From NCBI RefSeq assembly GCF_006345805.1, contig NC_043011.1, forward strand, positions 11,966,001-12,030,000: DNA of 64,000 nucleotides, given 5' to 3'. Below are positions 23,716 to 36,897 of this stretch, piece by piece. The number at the start of each line of letters is the position of its first letter. Position 1 is the first letter of the stretch. Source of the DNA: Octopus sinensis (Eukaryota). The notes beneath the pieces are model-generated. The model searched no databases and was not told the DNA's origin. It worked only from the letters and a program-made list of their open reading frames with translations. Both the position numbers and the translations under genes were made by a program.

Positions 23716-24754
23716 TAATATATAAATATTTCGCATTTAAACAAGCCTACACATATCACATGTTCTAGAAAACCACTAAAACAGACCTCATGCTCTAGCA
23801 GGGGGAAGCTATGGCCTTCCGGGCCATCAAGTGCAGCCGTCTGCGGCCATTGGTATATTTTCTTTCTTTTCTGAGATTGAATATTATTTTGTCAAAACTC
23901 ATTATACGTCCTAAACTTACAATACACACTTAGACGAAAGGAAAGTTGACTGTGTTTATTGGCGTCGCTCCCAGAGATTGGAAGCATTTTTCTTTGAACC
24001 CAATGAAAAAAGCAACAAGTATATAAAGTAATAATTTCCTTGGCAGCTACAGCAGCCAAGTGGGAGTAAGTGACTTCACGTATGATACACGAAGTGTTCC
24101 TGTCTCGTCCACATTTCCATTGTGATCTGTGCTATGGACTTTATTTACTTAGGCCAACTTGATACTGACTTATTTTGTGAGATTGAGTTAGTTATAGCCT
24201 TATTTGAAACCGTAAATCCATCAGTGCATGCGTTAATTCTACAGACTTGCTTTTTTATCATTGTGACTTGGTAAGTGACACAGTGATCGTATTCATTGCT
24301 GTTCTGTTAAGCCACCGGCTGCACACTGCTGCAGACAAAACGGTCTGAGACAAGACACGGTCAATCAGCGTCCGAAACCATGTGTGTGGAATCTTGATCA
24401 TAACTTCAACAATTATCGTTATCTTGTGAGGTTAGAAACCGTCGATATTTGACATTATTTCTGCAACAATTAGGTAATGATAAGTAATAGTACTAATTAC
24501 AAAAAAAAAAAATTATAGCCAATCTAGATGTTGTTCAGTCTCAAACAGTAGTAACAATTGCTAAAGTCAAAACCAAAAACATGGTCTGGGATGCAAGTTT
24601 ATCGTGTCTTGTCTAAGACTGTTTTATTTGGGTCGTTATTAAACTTTTATTTTTATGGTTTTTCAGAAGAAATACATTTCTTTTTAACTCTGAGCAAGAG
24701 GCCCTTTGTCACCAGCAGAGATAAGAGCTCTCTGAACTTTGCCCAGGCTATTCT

Positions 24755-24785
<31 letters not shown>

Positions 24786-24822
24786 ATATATATGTGTATA
24801 TATATATCTATATATATATATA

Positions 24823-25430
24823 TACAAGATAAGAAAATGGAGAAATACATCTAAATCAAATATCAATTACCAGATAATACTCAATCACATACTTTATTAA
24901 ACCACCACATAAGAGACTGTAGGGTTAAATATAAAAAGCAGAACAAATCAGTGTACATAAAGGAATGTACATAAAACAGTGTACATAAAAACATAAAAGA
25001 GTAATGTTGTATAATAAGTAGAATATATATAAAAGAGAATATAAATATAAGTATAGGTTACATCTTACAGCTGTTTCGGCCATGTAGATAAGTATGTCTC
25101 ATTTTACCAATATTAGCCCTTTATGGTTACACTGATTTGTTCTGCTTTTTATATTTAACCCTACAGTCTCTTATGTGGTGGTTTAATAAAGTATGTGATT
25201 GAGTATTATCTGGTAATTGATATTTGATTTAGATGTATTTCTCCATTTTCTTATCTTGTATTAGTAATTTGTGGTAAATCATTTTACCTTTGCCCATATA
25301 ATACAGTAAATGAATTGGTTGCATCGCAATCATTAACATTTATGTATTAACTTTGTTGGGTACTTCACTAGCAGTATTTTGGATATATGTTATCCCATGG
25401 AGGGTTGCATTTACAACCCCTATCTCAATT

Positions 25431-25432
<2 letters not shown>
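24823..25432. mobile_element. Fold-back Penelope-like element between (TA)n tracts
   Basis: About 130-bp inverted arms (about 24823-24956 and 25128-25260); minus-strand GCC-GAAACAGCTGTA hammerhead half in the spacer. Confidence 0.7.
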
Positions 25433-25471
<39 letters not shown>

Positions 25472-25612
25472 CATTATATAATTAGGGCTTAGTAAAATAA
25501 ATTACTTTGCCACAATACTGAACTTTCTAGAAATAGCAGCCAAAAAAGTTTTTTAGCCATTTCCACTACTTAAAGAAAATTTCTCTCAGATAATGTTTAA
25601 TATATATATATA

Positions 25613-26870
25613 TCAGGTCATCCCATAAGTTCTGTCCGATTTTACCTTTTTTAAAATTGAATGAAATTTAATAGTATTTTAAAATGTCTAATGGAATTAA
25701 AAATTATTTTTATTCATTTGTGTACATTTAAACTAATTAAATATTATTTTACAGAATAATTGAATTCTTTGATTAAAACGCTTTCTTTGATTAAAACCCT
25801 GATTAAAATATGGAAGTATCCAAAGAGCATTTAGGGCACACAATGCTTTGAGTACAAAAAGGAAACTCTGCAGCCGAAGCGACTCGAAACATACACTCAG
25901 TTTATGCTTGAATGAAAGAACTTGCAGATGGTTTGCAAAATTCAGAAGTGGAGATTTCAGCCTAAAAGATGAAAATCAAAAAGGACGTCCATTTGAGCTT
26001 GATGATAAGCTCCTTGAGGCATTACTTGAAGAAAATCCTGCATTATCAGTTGAAGAATTGGTGACAAAGCTTAGTTCAAACCATACAACTCTTCGTCATC
26101 TTCAACAAGTTGGAAAGGGTCCTAAACTTGGAAAATTGGTGCCTCAGAAATTGTCCGAAAGCAACTGCAAATCCCGAGTTGACATCTGCTCTTCTCTCCA
26201 TTCTCATGAACTCATTTCACCCTTTTTGGATAGACTTGTGACTGGTGTTGAAAAACAGTCATAAACAGTGTCTTGGTAAAAAGGAAAAAGCTCAACCACA
26301 ACCGAGAAGGGAACTTCATGGAAAAAAGGTTCTCTCTATCTGGTGGGATTGCAAAGGAGTAATTCACTTTGAATTGTTACCACCTAATGCAACAATCAAT
26401 GCTCAAGTCTACTGTCAGCAATTAGAGCATTTGACCCAAGCTTTGAAGAAAAAAAAAGACCTGCTTTAGTGAATCGAAAAGCAGTGATATTTCATCAGGA
26501 CAATGCATGACCCCACACTGCAAAGATCACATCACAGAAGATCAAAGAGCTTGGTTGGGAAAAAAATTCCTCATCCACCTTATTTTCCTGACCTTGCTCC
26601 TTCAGACTACCATTTGTTTTGTAGTTTACAGAATCATTTGGGGGACATAACTTTCGCAAGCCAGGAGGAGGTCAAAACTGACATTTCAGAGTTCTTTGGT
26701 TTGAAATCAAAAGAGTTTTACATTGATGGGATTAAAAAACTTGTAAATAGATGGAAGGAAGTCATAGATAATTAGGGAAAGTACATTGATGATTAAATTT
26801 CAGTTAAATATAACATTTGATCACTTGTTTTCTTTATTCAAAATTCTGACAGAACTTGTGAGATGACCTG

Positions 26871-26871
<1 letters not shown>
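25613..26871 (+). mobile_element. Mariner transposon, inactive copy 2
   Basis: TA-flanked TIRs tcaggtcatcccataagttctgtc / gacagaacttgtgagatgacctga; frameshifted transposase; same family as 9126-10405. Confidence 0.95.
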
Positions 26872-26901
<30 letters not shown>

Positions 26902-26903
26902 TA

Positions 26904-27153
26904 CTAGTTGATGTACCCAGTAATTCCCAGGAAAGGGGTCTCATCCCTTGGTTCCGTCCTCATAATTGTTTCGCTAATTCAATAACAACAATACCAAGTA
27001 TGCAGCCCTTAATATGGTTTTTGTGCATTTACAGAAAATACTGAACTGTTTTATACAGGAACTTGTGTGTGTGTTTTAGCAGATTGAAAAATGCTGACAT
27101 GCAAAACTCTTGGCCCTTGAATCACTTTGTTGCTTCTGCTAAATATTAATAAG
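26904..27153 (-). mobile_element. Helitron-like non-autonomous element
   Basis: Minus strand ends cctgggaattactgggtacatcaaCTAG|T and begins TCTTATTAAT. Confidence 0.4.
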
Positions 27154-27163
27154 AATACATATA

Positions 27164-27512
27164 TAGGCGCAGGAGTGGCTGTGTGGTAAGTAGCTCTGCC
27201 TACCAACCACATGGTTCCGGGTTCAGTCCCACTGCATGGCATCTTGGGCAAGTGTCTTCTGCTATAGCCCCAGGCCGACCAATGCCTTGTGAGTGGATTT
27301 GGTAGACAGAAACTGAAAGAAGCCTGTCATATATATGTATATCTATATATGTGTGTTTGTCCCCCTAGCATTGTTTGACAACCGATGCTGGTGTGTTTAT
27401 GTCCCCGTCACTTAGCAGTTCGGCTAAAAGAGACCGATAGAATAAGTATCAAAGGCGGTGCTCCAGCATGGCCGCAGTCAAATGACTGAAACAAATAAAA
27501 GAGAGTAAGAGT
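27164..27512 (+). mobile_element. SINE family A
   Basis: Family match with several CpG losses. Confidence 0.9.
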
Positions 27513-28032
27513 ATACAATAGGCTTTCACACAGTTTCCATTCTACTTACAAGGCTTTGTTTGATCTGGAGCTGTATATAAGAGTATGTTTATATATAATG
27601 TGTGTATATAGTGCATACACTCGTATATGTTTCTTTACATATAGCAAACAGCTTTTATTTTAGAAATATATCGAAAACACAGCTATGTTCCAAATTAATC
27701 ATTTTTAGGTTCATCCGTATCTTTGTATAAGATCCTGCAGTTTCATCATCATCATTGCTGGCATGGTTTAGACAGTTTGACAGGGGCTAGCAAACTGGAG
27801 AACTGTCCAGACTCCATCTGTCTGTTTCGGCATGGTTTCTATGGCTGGATGTCCTTCCTAATACCAAGCACTTTACAGTGTGCTGGGTGCTTTTTACGTG
27901 CCATAGCACTGGCACAAGTGCATCTTACGTGGCAGTGGCTCCTGCAAGACAAAGACCTCTCAGCTGGGAGGCCATAAAGAACAGGCCTGTAGGTATGGTG
28001 GCTGTGATTTTGCTTAGCTTGACATGTCTTCT

Positions 28033-29260
28033 CATCATCATCATTTAACATCCGCTTTCCATGCAGGCATGGGTTGGACGGTTCAACTGGGGTCTGGGAA
28101 GCCAGAAGGCTGCCCCAGGCTCCAGTCTGATCTGGCAGTGTTTCTACGGCTGGATGCCCTTCCTAACGCCAACCACTCCGTGAGTGTAGTGGGTGCTTTT
28201 TACGTGCCAGACGAGGCTGGCAACGGCCACGATTGGATGGTGCTTTTTACGTGCCACCGGCATGGAGGCCAGTCAGGGCGGCGCTGGCAACGGCCACGTT
28301 CGGATGAGCAAATCACCACAAGTCCCGGTGCTTTGTCATCTTCTCAGGGAGGCCTAGTGTCTGATGATCCTTTCTCACTACTTTGTTCCACATCTTCCAG
28401 AAGTTCCCTCCACAATTAAGGATCAGCACTTCTTTACACAGCAATCCTTATGCATGTGCATCACATGACCATACTAGCTTATCATACCAGCACATATGCC
28501 ACACACAAAGACTATTTTCTCTGTTAACTTTCCTGTTTCTACCAACACTCTTCTTACAAATTGAGCAGGGTCATCTCCCTGAAGGGATCTGTGATTTGTT
28601 TATTGTCTTACTTACTGGAACGTTGGCCTTTGCTAAAGGCCCTTAGATTCCAGACTTTGCTTCCACATCTGAAATTTCTTCTCTAGGTAGATAGTGATTC
28701 AGCTATAAGAACAAGGTCATCAGTGTAGAGGAGCTCCTAAGGGCAGCAAGTCTTGAATTCCTTGTTATGCCTGGAGGAACTATGATAAACAAGAGGGGGT
28801 CGAGAAATGATCCTTGGCGAACTACTTGTACACTAAATTCATTGCTGTACTCATTGCCAACCTTCACCTTAACGGCAGCATCCCTGTTTATGGCTTGTAC
28901 AGCTCTCACCAACCACTCATTTATCCCTAGCTTCCACATTGACCACCAGAAAAGGGAGCAGGGAATCCTGTCAAAGACTTTCTCCAGGCCTACAAAAGCA
29001 AAGTACAAAGGTTTATTTTTGGCTCAATACTCCTCTTGATGTTGCCTTACCAGGAATATAGCATTAGTCATGCTTCTCCCAGGCACAAAACCAAACTGCA
29101 TCTTATCCGGGCTCTCTTTCTAAACATCTCAACAATCTCACCAGACCTACCTTTTAATGTGCCCACATTGAGTGTGCCAACCCTAAGGGTGAGGAAGGAG
29201 TGGCTAGAGGGAATACAGTAATGGGGGACAGCATTCTGCATCTGAAAAGGAAGTTTCCCA
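28033..29260 (-). mobile_element. Internally deleted RTE (BovB-like) LINE
   Basis: APE N-terminus (LRVGTLNVGTLKGRSGEIVEM), RT fragment (FAFVGLEKVFDRIP...VRQGS), 3' UTR and (GAT)n tail, all in 1.2 kb. Confidence 0.85.
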
Positions 29261-29723
29261 AACATATAAAAGTTCGAATAGGTCTCAACCTGCATTTAAT
29301 TCATCATCATTTATTCGTTTCACATTTGCTACATTTACTAGGAGACAAGGCAGTGGTATTGACCACTGAATAGAAGTAGGGGGTAAAAGAGAGTATTCCG
29401 AACAGGTTTCCAGTACAGAGGTTCTAGAAAATATTCAAATAAAATGAAAAGGTGAAAAAGACAGCAGATTTTCACTAGGATTGCTTAACTGTTATTTAAC
29501 ACAGCAAAGAAATAACAAGGCTTTTGACACAATAGGAGCAAGATGAAATGACATGAGAATTAAAGCAAGAAAAGAAAAATGAAATTACTTAGTTGATCAT
29601 TAGGATTGCTAAACTTAGCTGTTTAACACATAGCATGGAAAAAAACAAGGCTTTAGACCTAATAGGGTGAGATGAAATGGTGTGAGAATTAAAGGCAAAA
29701 AAACAGCACAGTTTCACTAGGAT

Positions 29724-29960
29724 TCATCATCATCAACTTTGTCGTTTAACGTCCACTTTCCATGCTAGCTTGGGTTGGACGGTTCGACTGTGGGCTGGCG
29801 AACCAGATGGCTGCACCAGGCTCCAGTCTTGATCTGGCAGAGTGTCTACAGCTGGATGCCCTTCCTAACGCCAACCACTCCGAGAGTGTAGTGGGTGCTT
29901 TTATGTGCCACCGGCACGTGGAGGGGGGGGCAGTCAGGCGGTACTGGCAACGACCTCGCT
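29724..29960 (-). mobile_element. RTE 3' UTR fragment
   Basis: ggagtggttggcgttaggaagggcatccagctgtag plus (GAT)n tail. Confidence 0.75.
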
Positions 29961-30083
29961 CAAATTTTTTTCCACACGCCAACGCCGATTACTTAACGTA
30001 ATGCTTCTAGCCATACCAATCAGATGTGAACGAAGAAATGTTCCGATAAGCAATTTTGTTTTCTTTCCTAGCTTTAATTCTCA

Positions 30084-30492
30084 TGGCACAGGAGTGGCTG
30101 TGTGGTAAGTAGCTTGCTAACCAACCACATGGTTCCGGGTTTAGTTCCACTGCATGACATCTTGGGCGAGTGTCTTCTACTATAGCCTCGGGCCGACCAA
30201 AGCCTTGTGAGTGGATTTGGTAGACGGAAACTGAAAGAAGCCCGTCGTATAAATGTAGATATATATATGTATGTATGCGTGTGTGTGTTTGTGTGTCTGT
30301 GTTTGTCCCCCTAGCATTGCCTGACAACCGATGCTGGTGTATTTACGTCCCCGTCACTTAGCGGTTCGGCAAAAGAGACCGATAGAATAAGTACTGGGCT
30401 TACAAAGAATAAGTCCCGGGGTCAATTTGCTCGACTAAAGGCAGTGCTCCAGCATGGCCGCAGTCAAAATGACTGAAACAAGTAAAAGAGAA
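30084..30492 (+). mobile_element. SINE family A
   Basis: Family match. Confidence 0.9.
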
Positions 30493-30873
30493 AAAAAAAG
30501 AAAATGTACTTACACCTCACTCCTATTATGTTTAAATCTTTGTTATATCCAAAACAATAAAATTCACAAATTCATTTTTATCAGCAATTCCAGCCGAGTG
30601 TCCAACTTTGGGACATGGAAGGATACTGATTTCCGTATTACTTCTTTCATTGTGAGAGAGACTTTTGTCTATGCAAACATTATAACCAAAATTTGATCAT
30701 GACTCTTCTATGTAAGGCACATATTTTGGCTGGTAGAGTTACAAGTCCTCAGCAGAATGCCTATCCTGTTTGTGACGCGAGTATGTTTTGTGCATTAATT
30801 TTAACTTTATGTTGTAATATGATTATTTCCTCCACAATTACATATTTTTGTGGTGTATTCATATAAGTATCTG

Positions 30874-31282
30874 GGATCTTTTCGGTTTGAACGGTAGTTT
30901 TTTCTAGTGGTGTCATATGAAATTGTCACCCATAATTATGACCCTAGAATCGATCTATTGCATTTCAATCTGTTTTAGGGTTAGGGGTGGGGGGAAGGGT
31001 ATCTTTTTTTTCTTCACAAATGTAAATAAACCCAATCTGTTTCTTAAACAAGGGACATATTCATACGGCACAGAATGTTTTTTACCTCAATTTGTTGATT
31101 GGTTGAAATTGCAGAAATTGAAGAAAAAAAACAACAAATATCTTACAAACTATAGAATTTTCTCAATAAAGCCAAGAGAAAAAGATGTTTTTATAAACAC
31201 ATTCTACTAGTATACGAAGTTTAAAATTTTTTTAGTTAGCTAGAAATTATGTTAAAAACTGCCGTTCAAACCGAAAAGATCC
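30874..31282 (-). mobile_element. Telomeric-repeat MITE, opposite orientation
   Basis: Both TIRs; internal TTAGGG; no clear TSD. Confidence 0.9.
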
Positions 31283-33420
31283 GTCTTTCTCATCTTCCGT
31301 CTAAAGTTGAGAACTATTCATCTAAGCTGATCTCAATAACTGTGCATGTCTTGTTTTCTGGTCTCTTTACAAAATCATCTTGTACCTGAGTGGAAGATGG
31401 TCAGTTGGTTGACTGGCTTTCTGAAGCATCTTGCAAGTGGTACAAATCCAAGAAAGCTTGATCCCTCTTCTCTGCTTATATATATATATATATATCTCCA
31501 TAGCTTCCATGCATACGGCATTCTCACTTTACAAAACACAACCACTGACATTGCTATCCTGTTTGTATACACGTGGACATTGCTGTCCTGTTTGTATACA
31601 CGTGGACAGGTGTCTTCCACTATAGCCCCGAGCCGACCGAAGCTTTGTGATTGAATTCGGTAGGAGGAAGTTACTGCCGTGTATGTATATGTGCGTGTAG
31701 GTGCTTGTGCCTCTCCGAAAGAGAGAGAGGTTTCTATATTTTGATGGAAAATGTGAGCATAAAGGACACAGGTAGCATTTGAACATTTTGTTTCTGGATT
31801 ACTGTGTGCAAAGACCATACATGCACACACACACAGCAACACAGTGAACACTTAGGCAATTTTGTCTTTCATTTTTTCAGAGCTGATACAGTAGTAGTAA
31901 TATATCAGCAGATTCAACCGACACAAAACATACCTTTCAGTTTAGTTAAAAGAAACTGATACACAAATACACACACTTCCAGGTATATCAACTAAAGTTA
32001 CAATTAATGTAATATGGAAAAGAAAATACAAAAAGTAAATGAAAGAATAAACTTCTAGTTCTAGGTACACAAGATATTTTTCTTTTTTTTTTATTATTTA
32101 TTAGTTATAATGTGAAAACATGTACATTAACACAAATCCACATGGCTAAATTGTTTTATAAACACCCTTCCCCCTCCATTAAAACAGTTTGTTTGAATTA
32201 AAAATCAGACCAGTGACCTTCCTCATCTGCTTAGTAGAGAAAAAGACTGAGAAATTTTATGAAAAGAAAGCCATGATAAAATGAATAAGGGTGATGACAC
32301 ATTGAAATAATATATATCTGTTCAATGAGTACGCTGCCAGCAGTTGTGGACTTCGAAGGGGTTAACTGTGTAATAGTCAGAGAAAGGGTTAAATCGGTAT
32401 GAGCAAGATTTATATTTAGAAGTTCAATGTAGTAGCCATTACACTGTGCTGCCAGCAGCTATGGGCTGTGATTTTATAAAATAACATTTCATTAGCAAAC
32501 CTCAATCGTTTAGAAGAAATACGAAATTATGGTACTGGTAAAGTAAGTTGCAAGTTTTAGAAACATTCCTCAACACACACATACACACATGCACTAAGAA
32601 TTTTCATTCCAGATTAACAACATTGCTTTAACCATAAAAATTAAACAAGCATAAACACTTAAAGGTTATTGTTAAGGTAGAAATTTCACTGAGTGAAGGC
32701 ATACTATTGTCTAATACAAGGATATTACAAAGGGGTCATGAATGTGAGTACAGAAATCTAGTTCTAACTCAGCTAAATCTATCACATATATATTTGTGGC
32801 TTTAATGCATTACAAAGTAGATATAAAAACCAAATATTACTGAAATTTAAACACAAAATGAAAAAAAAAGTCTATGGAAAAAAGAAAAAAAGATGAATAA
32901 GCTTCCATATAAACCACATAAACGTTGAATGTGGATGAGCTTTGCATCAAAATTTACCACACACAAATTTAGTGCATCTTTCCTGATTTCGCTGCTATCA
33001 CTACCCAAACATACAAAAGCTATCCAGATAGGAAAATATTTAAACTACCATAACATAACACTGCTATAATACTGCATGTATATTCCTGAAAAAAGATTGC
33101 ATGATCAAACATCGAACATGGTTGTGGCTCAGATCGAAGCATGTGATAGTGGGTGTACAGAATACGAGGGTCACAATCCCAGATTTCATTTAATACTTTT
33201 GCATGCTCTGATGGAGCTGCAGAAAACTCTCAACAAAACCAATGTCTATTGTATAAGAAATTTACTTATGTAAACTATTACCCATGAAATTAATACATAG
33301 TTTTCTGATTTTTATACTAACTGGATTTCATCAAAACCTCATGTATCTAACAGAGATGAAAGATTTATACAGAGAAAGTATTACAAGAATTTAAGTTATT
33401 TATATGTATATATATATGTA

Positions 33421-33621
33421 GGGAAAGTTTACAAAAATAAACAAAAGACGAAGGCAGGTGGAGTACAAACAAACAAATGTATTAGTATAGCGCTCAGGAA
33501 TAGAAAAAGTCTTTTACGTTTCGAGCCTACGCTCTTCGACAGAAAGATACACAGAAAAAAACAAGGAGAGAAAAAAATGCATGTAGGAGCTAACGATCTA
33601 TCATGGCGTCCTGACTTCGGA
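33421..33621 (-). mobile_element. Penelope-like pLTR-derived element with variant hammerhead (33510-33547)
   Basis: TCTTT-CTGTCGA-A-GAGC-gtag-GCTC-GAAACGTA-AAAGA; (TA)n on both sides. Confidence 0.65.
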
Positions 33622-33622
33622 C

Positions 33623-33653
<31 letters not shown>

Positions 33654-34966
33654 TACAAGTGACTAGAGTGTGTCTGCTTGTGTCTCCTTGTCTTGACATC
33701 TCATGATAGTTGCAAAGGAGTATCAGTCATACAAGTAGTATCATTGATCTCCAGTTTTCTGAAAAACATGTCTGACCACAGGATTGGCGATACATGTTAC
33801 TTGTATTACGGTGACACTCATTTACAGCTATTTTGGGATGTTAAAGTTCAAACACACATGCACAGTCATATTTTGTCAGCCAAATCCCCCCTACAAAGCT
33901 TGATATACATATCTATCCATCCATATATCTTTTATCTTTTACTTGTTTCAGTCATTAGACTGTGACCATACTGGGGAACTACCCTGAAGAATTTTGAGTC
34001 AAATGAATCAACCCCAGGACTTTTTTTTTAAGCTTGGTATTTCAGATATTGGTCCCAAGTTATGGGAACATAAAAACTCCAACACCGATTGTCAAACAAT
34101 GGTGGGAGACAAACATAAAGACACACACACATATACAAGTGAATGGACAAATGGAAGAAAGTGGCACTCAACACATCTGGCAGGAGTTAGATATGTTATT
34201 TAATAACAGTTTCAGTCAGCCCTGAGCATTTGGAGATTTCTAATTTGTTATTAAATAATTATATTTATATATATATATATATTTATATTTATATAATTTG
34301 TTATTAAATAATTATATTTATATATATATATATAAATAAGGGTGTCTGAGCTTTGCATCAAAATTTACCACACACAAATTTTGCAGTAATTGACTTAGTC
34401 TACCATACATGAATATCAGTGAATAAAAGAGACATTCCCAACACTTTGGATTTCTTCTCAGCAGTAACAGCACAATGAAACTGATCTAGACTTTAAAGTT
34501 CTGACATCAAAGATGTCAAAAGTAAATTCTTTTTCTTTGACTCTAAAACGATCTATGTTGCAGAATTGTGGAACACAGTAAGGAGAGAAATGGAGAAACT
34601 GAATTCTTCTGATTGTAGATAGACTTAACTTCTTGAGAATCAAGATCAAAAATAAACTTTGAAAGCACAATATAGCTACAGGCATTTGTGTCTGACATCA
34701 TCTTTTTAAGCAACTCCCCAAAGAGGATTATTAAGACATCAGGACTCATAGAGTTGGGTAGGCAGCCAAATATTGCCATCACAATTATCAATGTTGTCAC
34801 ATAAATCAATTAAACAACTTAGAGAAAATATAAAAAAAAAAAAATTGAAAGAATGGTACACCTAGAATGACTTAAGTATTATTACTTGAAATTTTGTATG
34901 TGAGCATCCAGGGATAGAATAAAGAAATTCTAAGATTAGAACATAATCAGAAAATAATACAGAACA

Positions 34967-35133
34967 TAGGCGCAGGAGTGGCTGTATGTTAAGTAGCTTA
35001 CTTTTCAACCACATGGTTCTGGGTTCATTCCCACTGCATGGCACTTTGGGCAAGTGTCTTCTACTATACCCTCGGGCCGACCAAAGCCTCGTGAGTGGAT
35101 TTGGTAGACGGAAACTGAAAGAAGCCCGTCGTA

Positions 35134-35184
<51 letters not shown>

Positions 35185-35398
35185 ATATGTTTGTGTGTCT
35201 GTGTTTGTTCCCCGCCCAACATCGCTTGACAACCGATGGTGGTGTGTTTATGTCCCCGTAACTTAGCGGTTCAGAAAAAGAGGCCAATAGAATAAGTACT
35301 AGGCTTACAAAGAATAAGTCCTGAGGTCGATTTGCTCGACTAAAGGTGGTGCTCCAGCATGGCTGCAGTCAAATGACTGAAACAAGTAAAAGAGTAAA
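34967..35398 (+). mobile_element. SINE family A
   Basis: Family match. Confidence 0.9.
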
Positions 35399-35947
35399 CT
35401 TCCTAGAGTAGAAAAATCATAAGACACTTTACAAAATGTGCAGGATATCTATGTACAACATGCTTCGACTACAAAAGGCAAAAAGTGCTCTATATCAAGG
35501 TGCAATTCCTTGCATCCTTTGATCATATAAATATTGTAAATAAATATGAAACGGTCACTGATGGTCGAATTGTTAATAGTGATATAAAGTGAAAAAACAC
35601 TCCCAACAAGAGATCAAAACCAAGTTGTAGACATGGTTTACGAGTAACTTACCTCTACAATTTTCAGCAGTCATAATATTGATTAAATCTAGATTATAAG
35701 TAAATTCCGTAGGTACTGGAACCACCGAGGAATTAAATGGCTCATCTTATCTCATAGTTCAAATGAGTAAGACACCAACAGTTTAGCTTTTACAAAGGAA
35801 CTAATAATGAATTACCATGAATACACCAGTTTTAGGAAAAGGTGTACAGCATCATGATGTAAGAAGTAACCAAAAGGGTTGGTAACAAAAAAGGGCATCC
35901 AGCTGTAAAACACTGTCTCAAAAAAAACAAAAAAACCTATGCAAACT

Positions 35948-36043
35948 AGGCACAGGAGTGGCTGTGTGGTAAGTAGCTTGCTTACCAACCACATGGTTCC
36001 AGGTTCAGTCCCACTGCGGGGCATCTTGGGTAAGTGTCTTCTG

Positions 36044-36087
<44 letters not shown>

Positions 36088-36306
36088 ATATGTTTGTGTG
36101 TCTGTGTTTGTCCCCCTAGCATTGCTTGACAACCGATGCTGGTGTGTTTACATCCCTGTCACTTAGCGGTTCGGCAAAAGAGACCGATAGAATAAGTACT
36201 GGGCTTACAAAGAATAAGTCCCGGGGTCGATTTGCTCGACTAAAGGCGGTGCTCCAGCATGGCCGCAGTCAAATGACTGAAACAAGTAAAAGAGTAAAAG
36301 AGAGTA
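35948..36306 (+). mobile_element. SINE family A (internal deletion)
   Basis: Family match. Confidence 0.9.
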
Positions 36307-36590
36307 AACTATGCCAGAATAGACATAAAACAATGATGATGTTAATGAAAAAGGCTGATGTAAGTACAACAGTATAGACCAAGAATCAGAAAGCTTTCAT
36401 TTGATGACAAGAACACACACAGCTGAATGACCATGTAACAATATCTGAAAGTCAAATACTGCAACTCAATGTGGTACTATATCATAAAAGCTGGTTGCAC
36501 TGGTGCTATACATGTGAAATAGCTTGATATAGAATGAGATGTTCTATTGAGTTATCGTGTGAAGAAATATATGAGGTTAGAAGTAACCAG

Positions 36591-36897
36591 GTGGAGGCAC
36601 ATGGCCTAGTGGTTAGAGCAGCGGACTCGTAGTCGAGGGATTGCAGGTTCGAATCTCAGACCAGGCGATGTGTGTGTTTATGAGCGAAACACCTAAGCTC
36701 CACGCGGCTCCGGCAGAAGGTAACGGTGAAACTTCTGCTGACTCTTTTGCCACAACTTTCTCTCACTCTTTCCTCCTGCATCTTGCAGCTCACCTGCGAC
36801 GGACCGGCGTTCCGTCCAGGTGGGGAACATATGTGCCAAGAAACCGAGAAACCAGCCCTTATGAGCCAGGCATGGCTCGAGAAGGAACGAACAACAA
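36591..36897 (+). mobile_element. SINE family B
   Basis: Matches 5717-6025. Confidence 0.85.

Noticed and set aside
29460-34385. Small local duplications (about 29460-29720, 31537-31609, and 32937-32970 vs 34348-34381)
   Set aside because: Ordinary short duplications with no further structure.
34458-34820. Possible minus-strand coding exon after an acceptor-like site
   Set aside because: Short ORFs without recognisable motifs; could be a non-coding exon but is unsupported.
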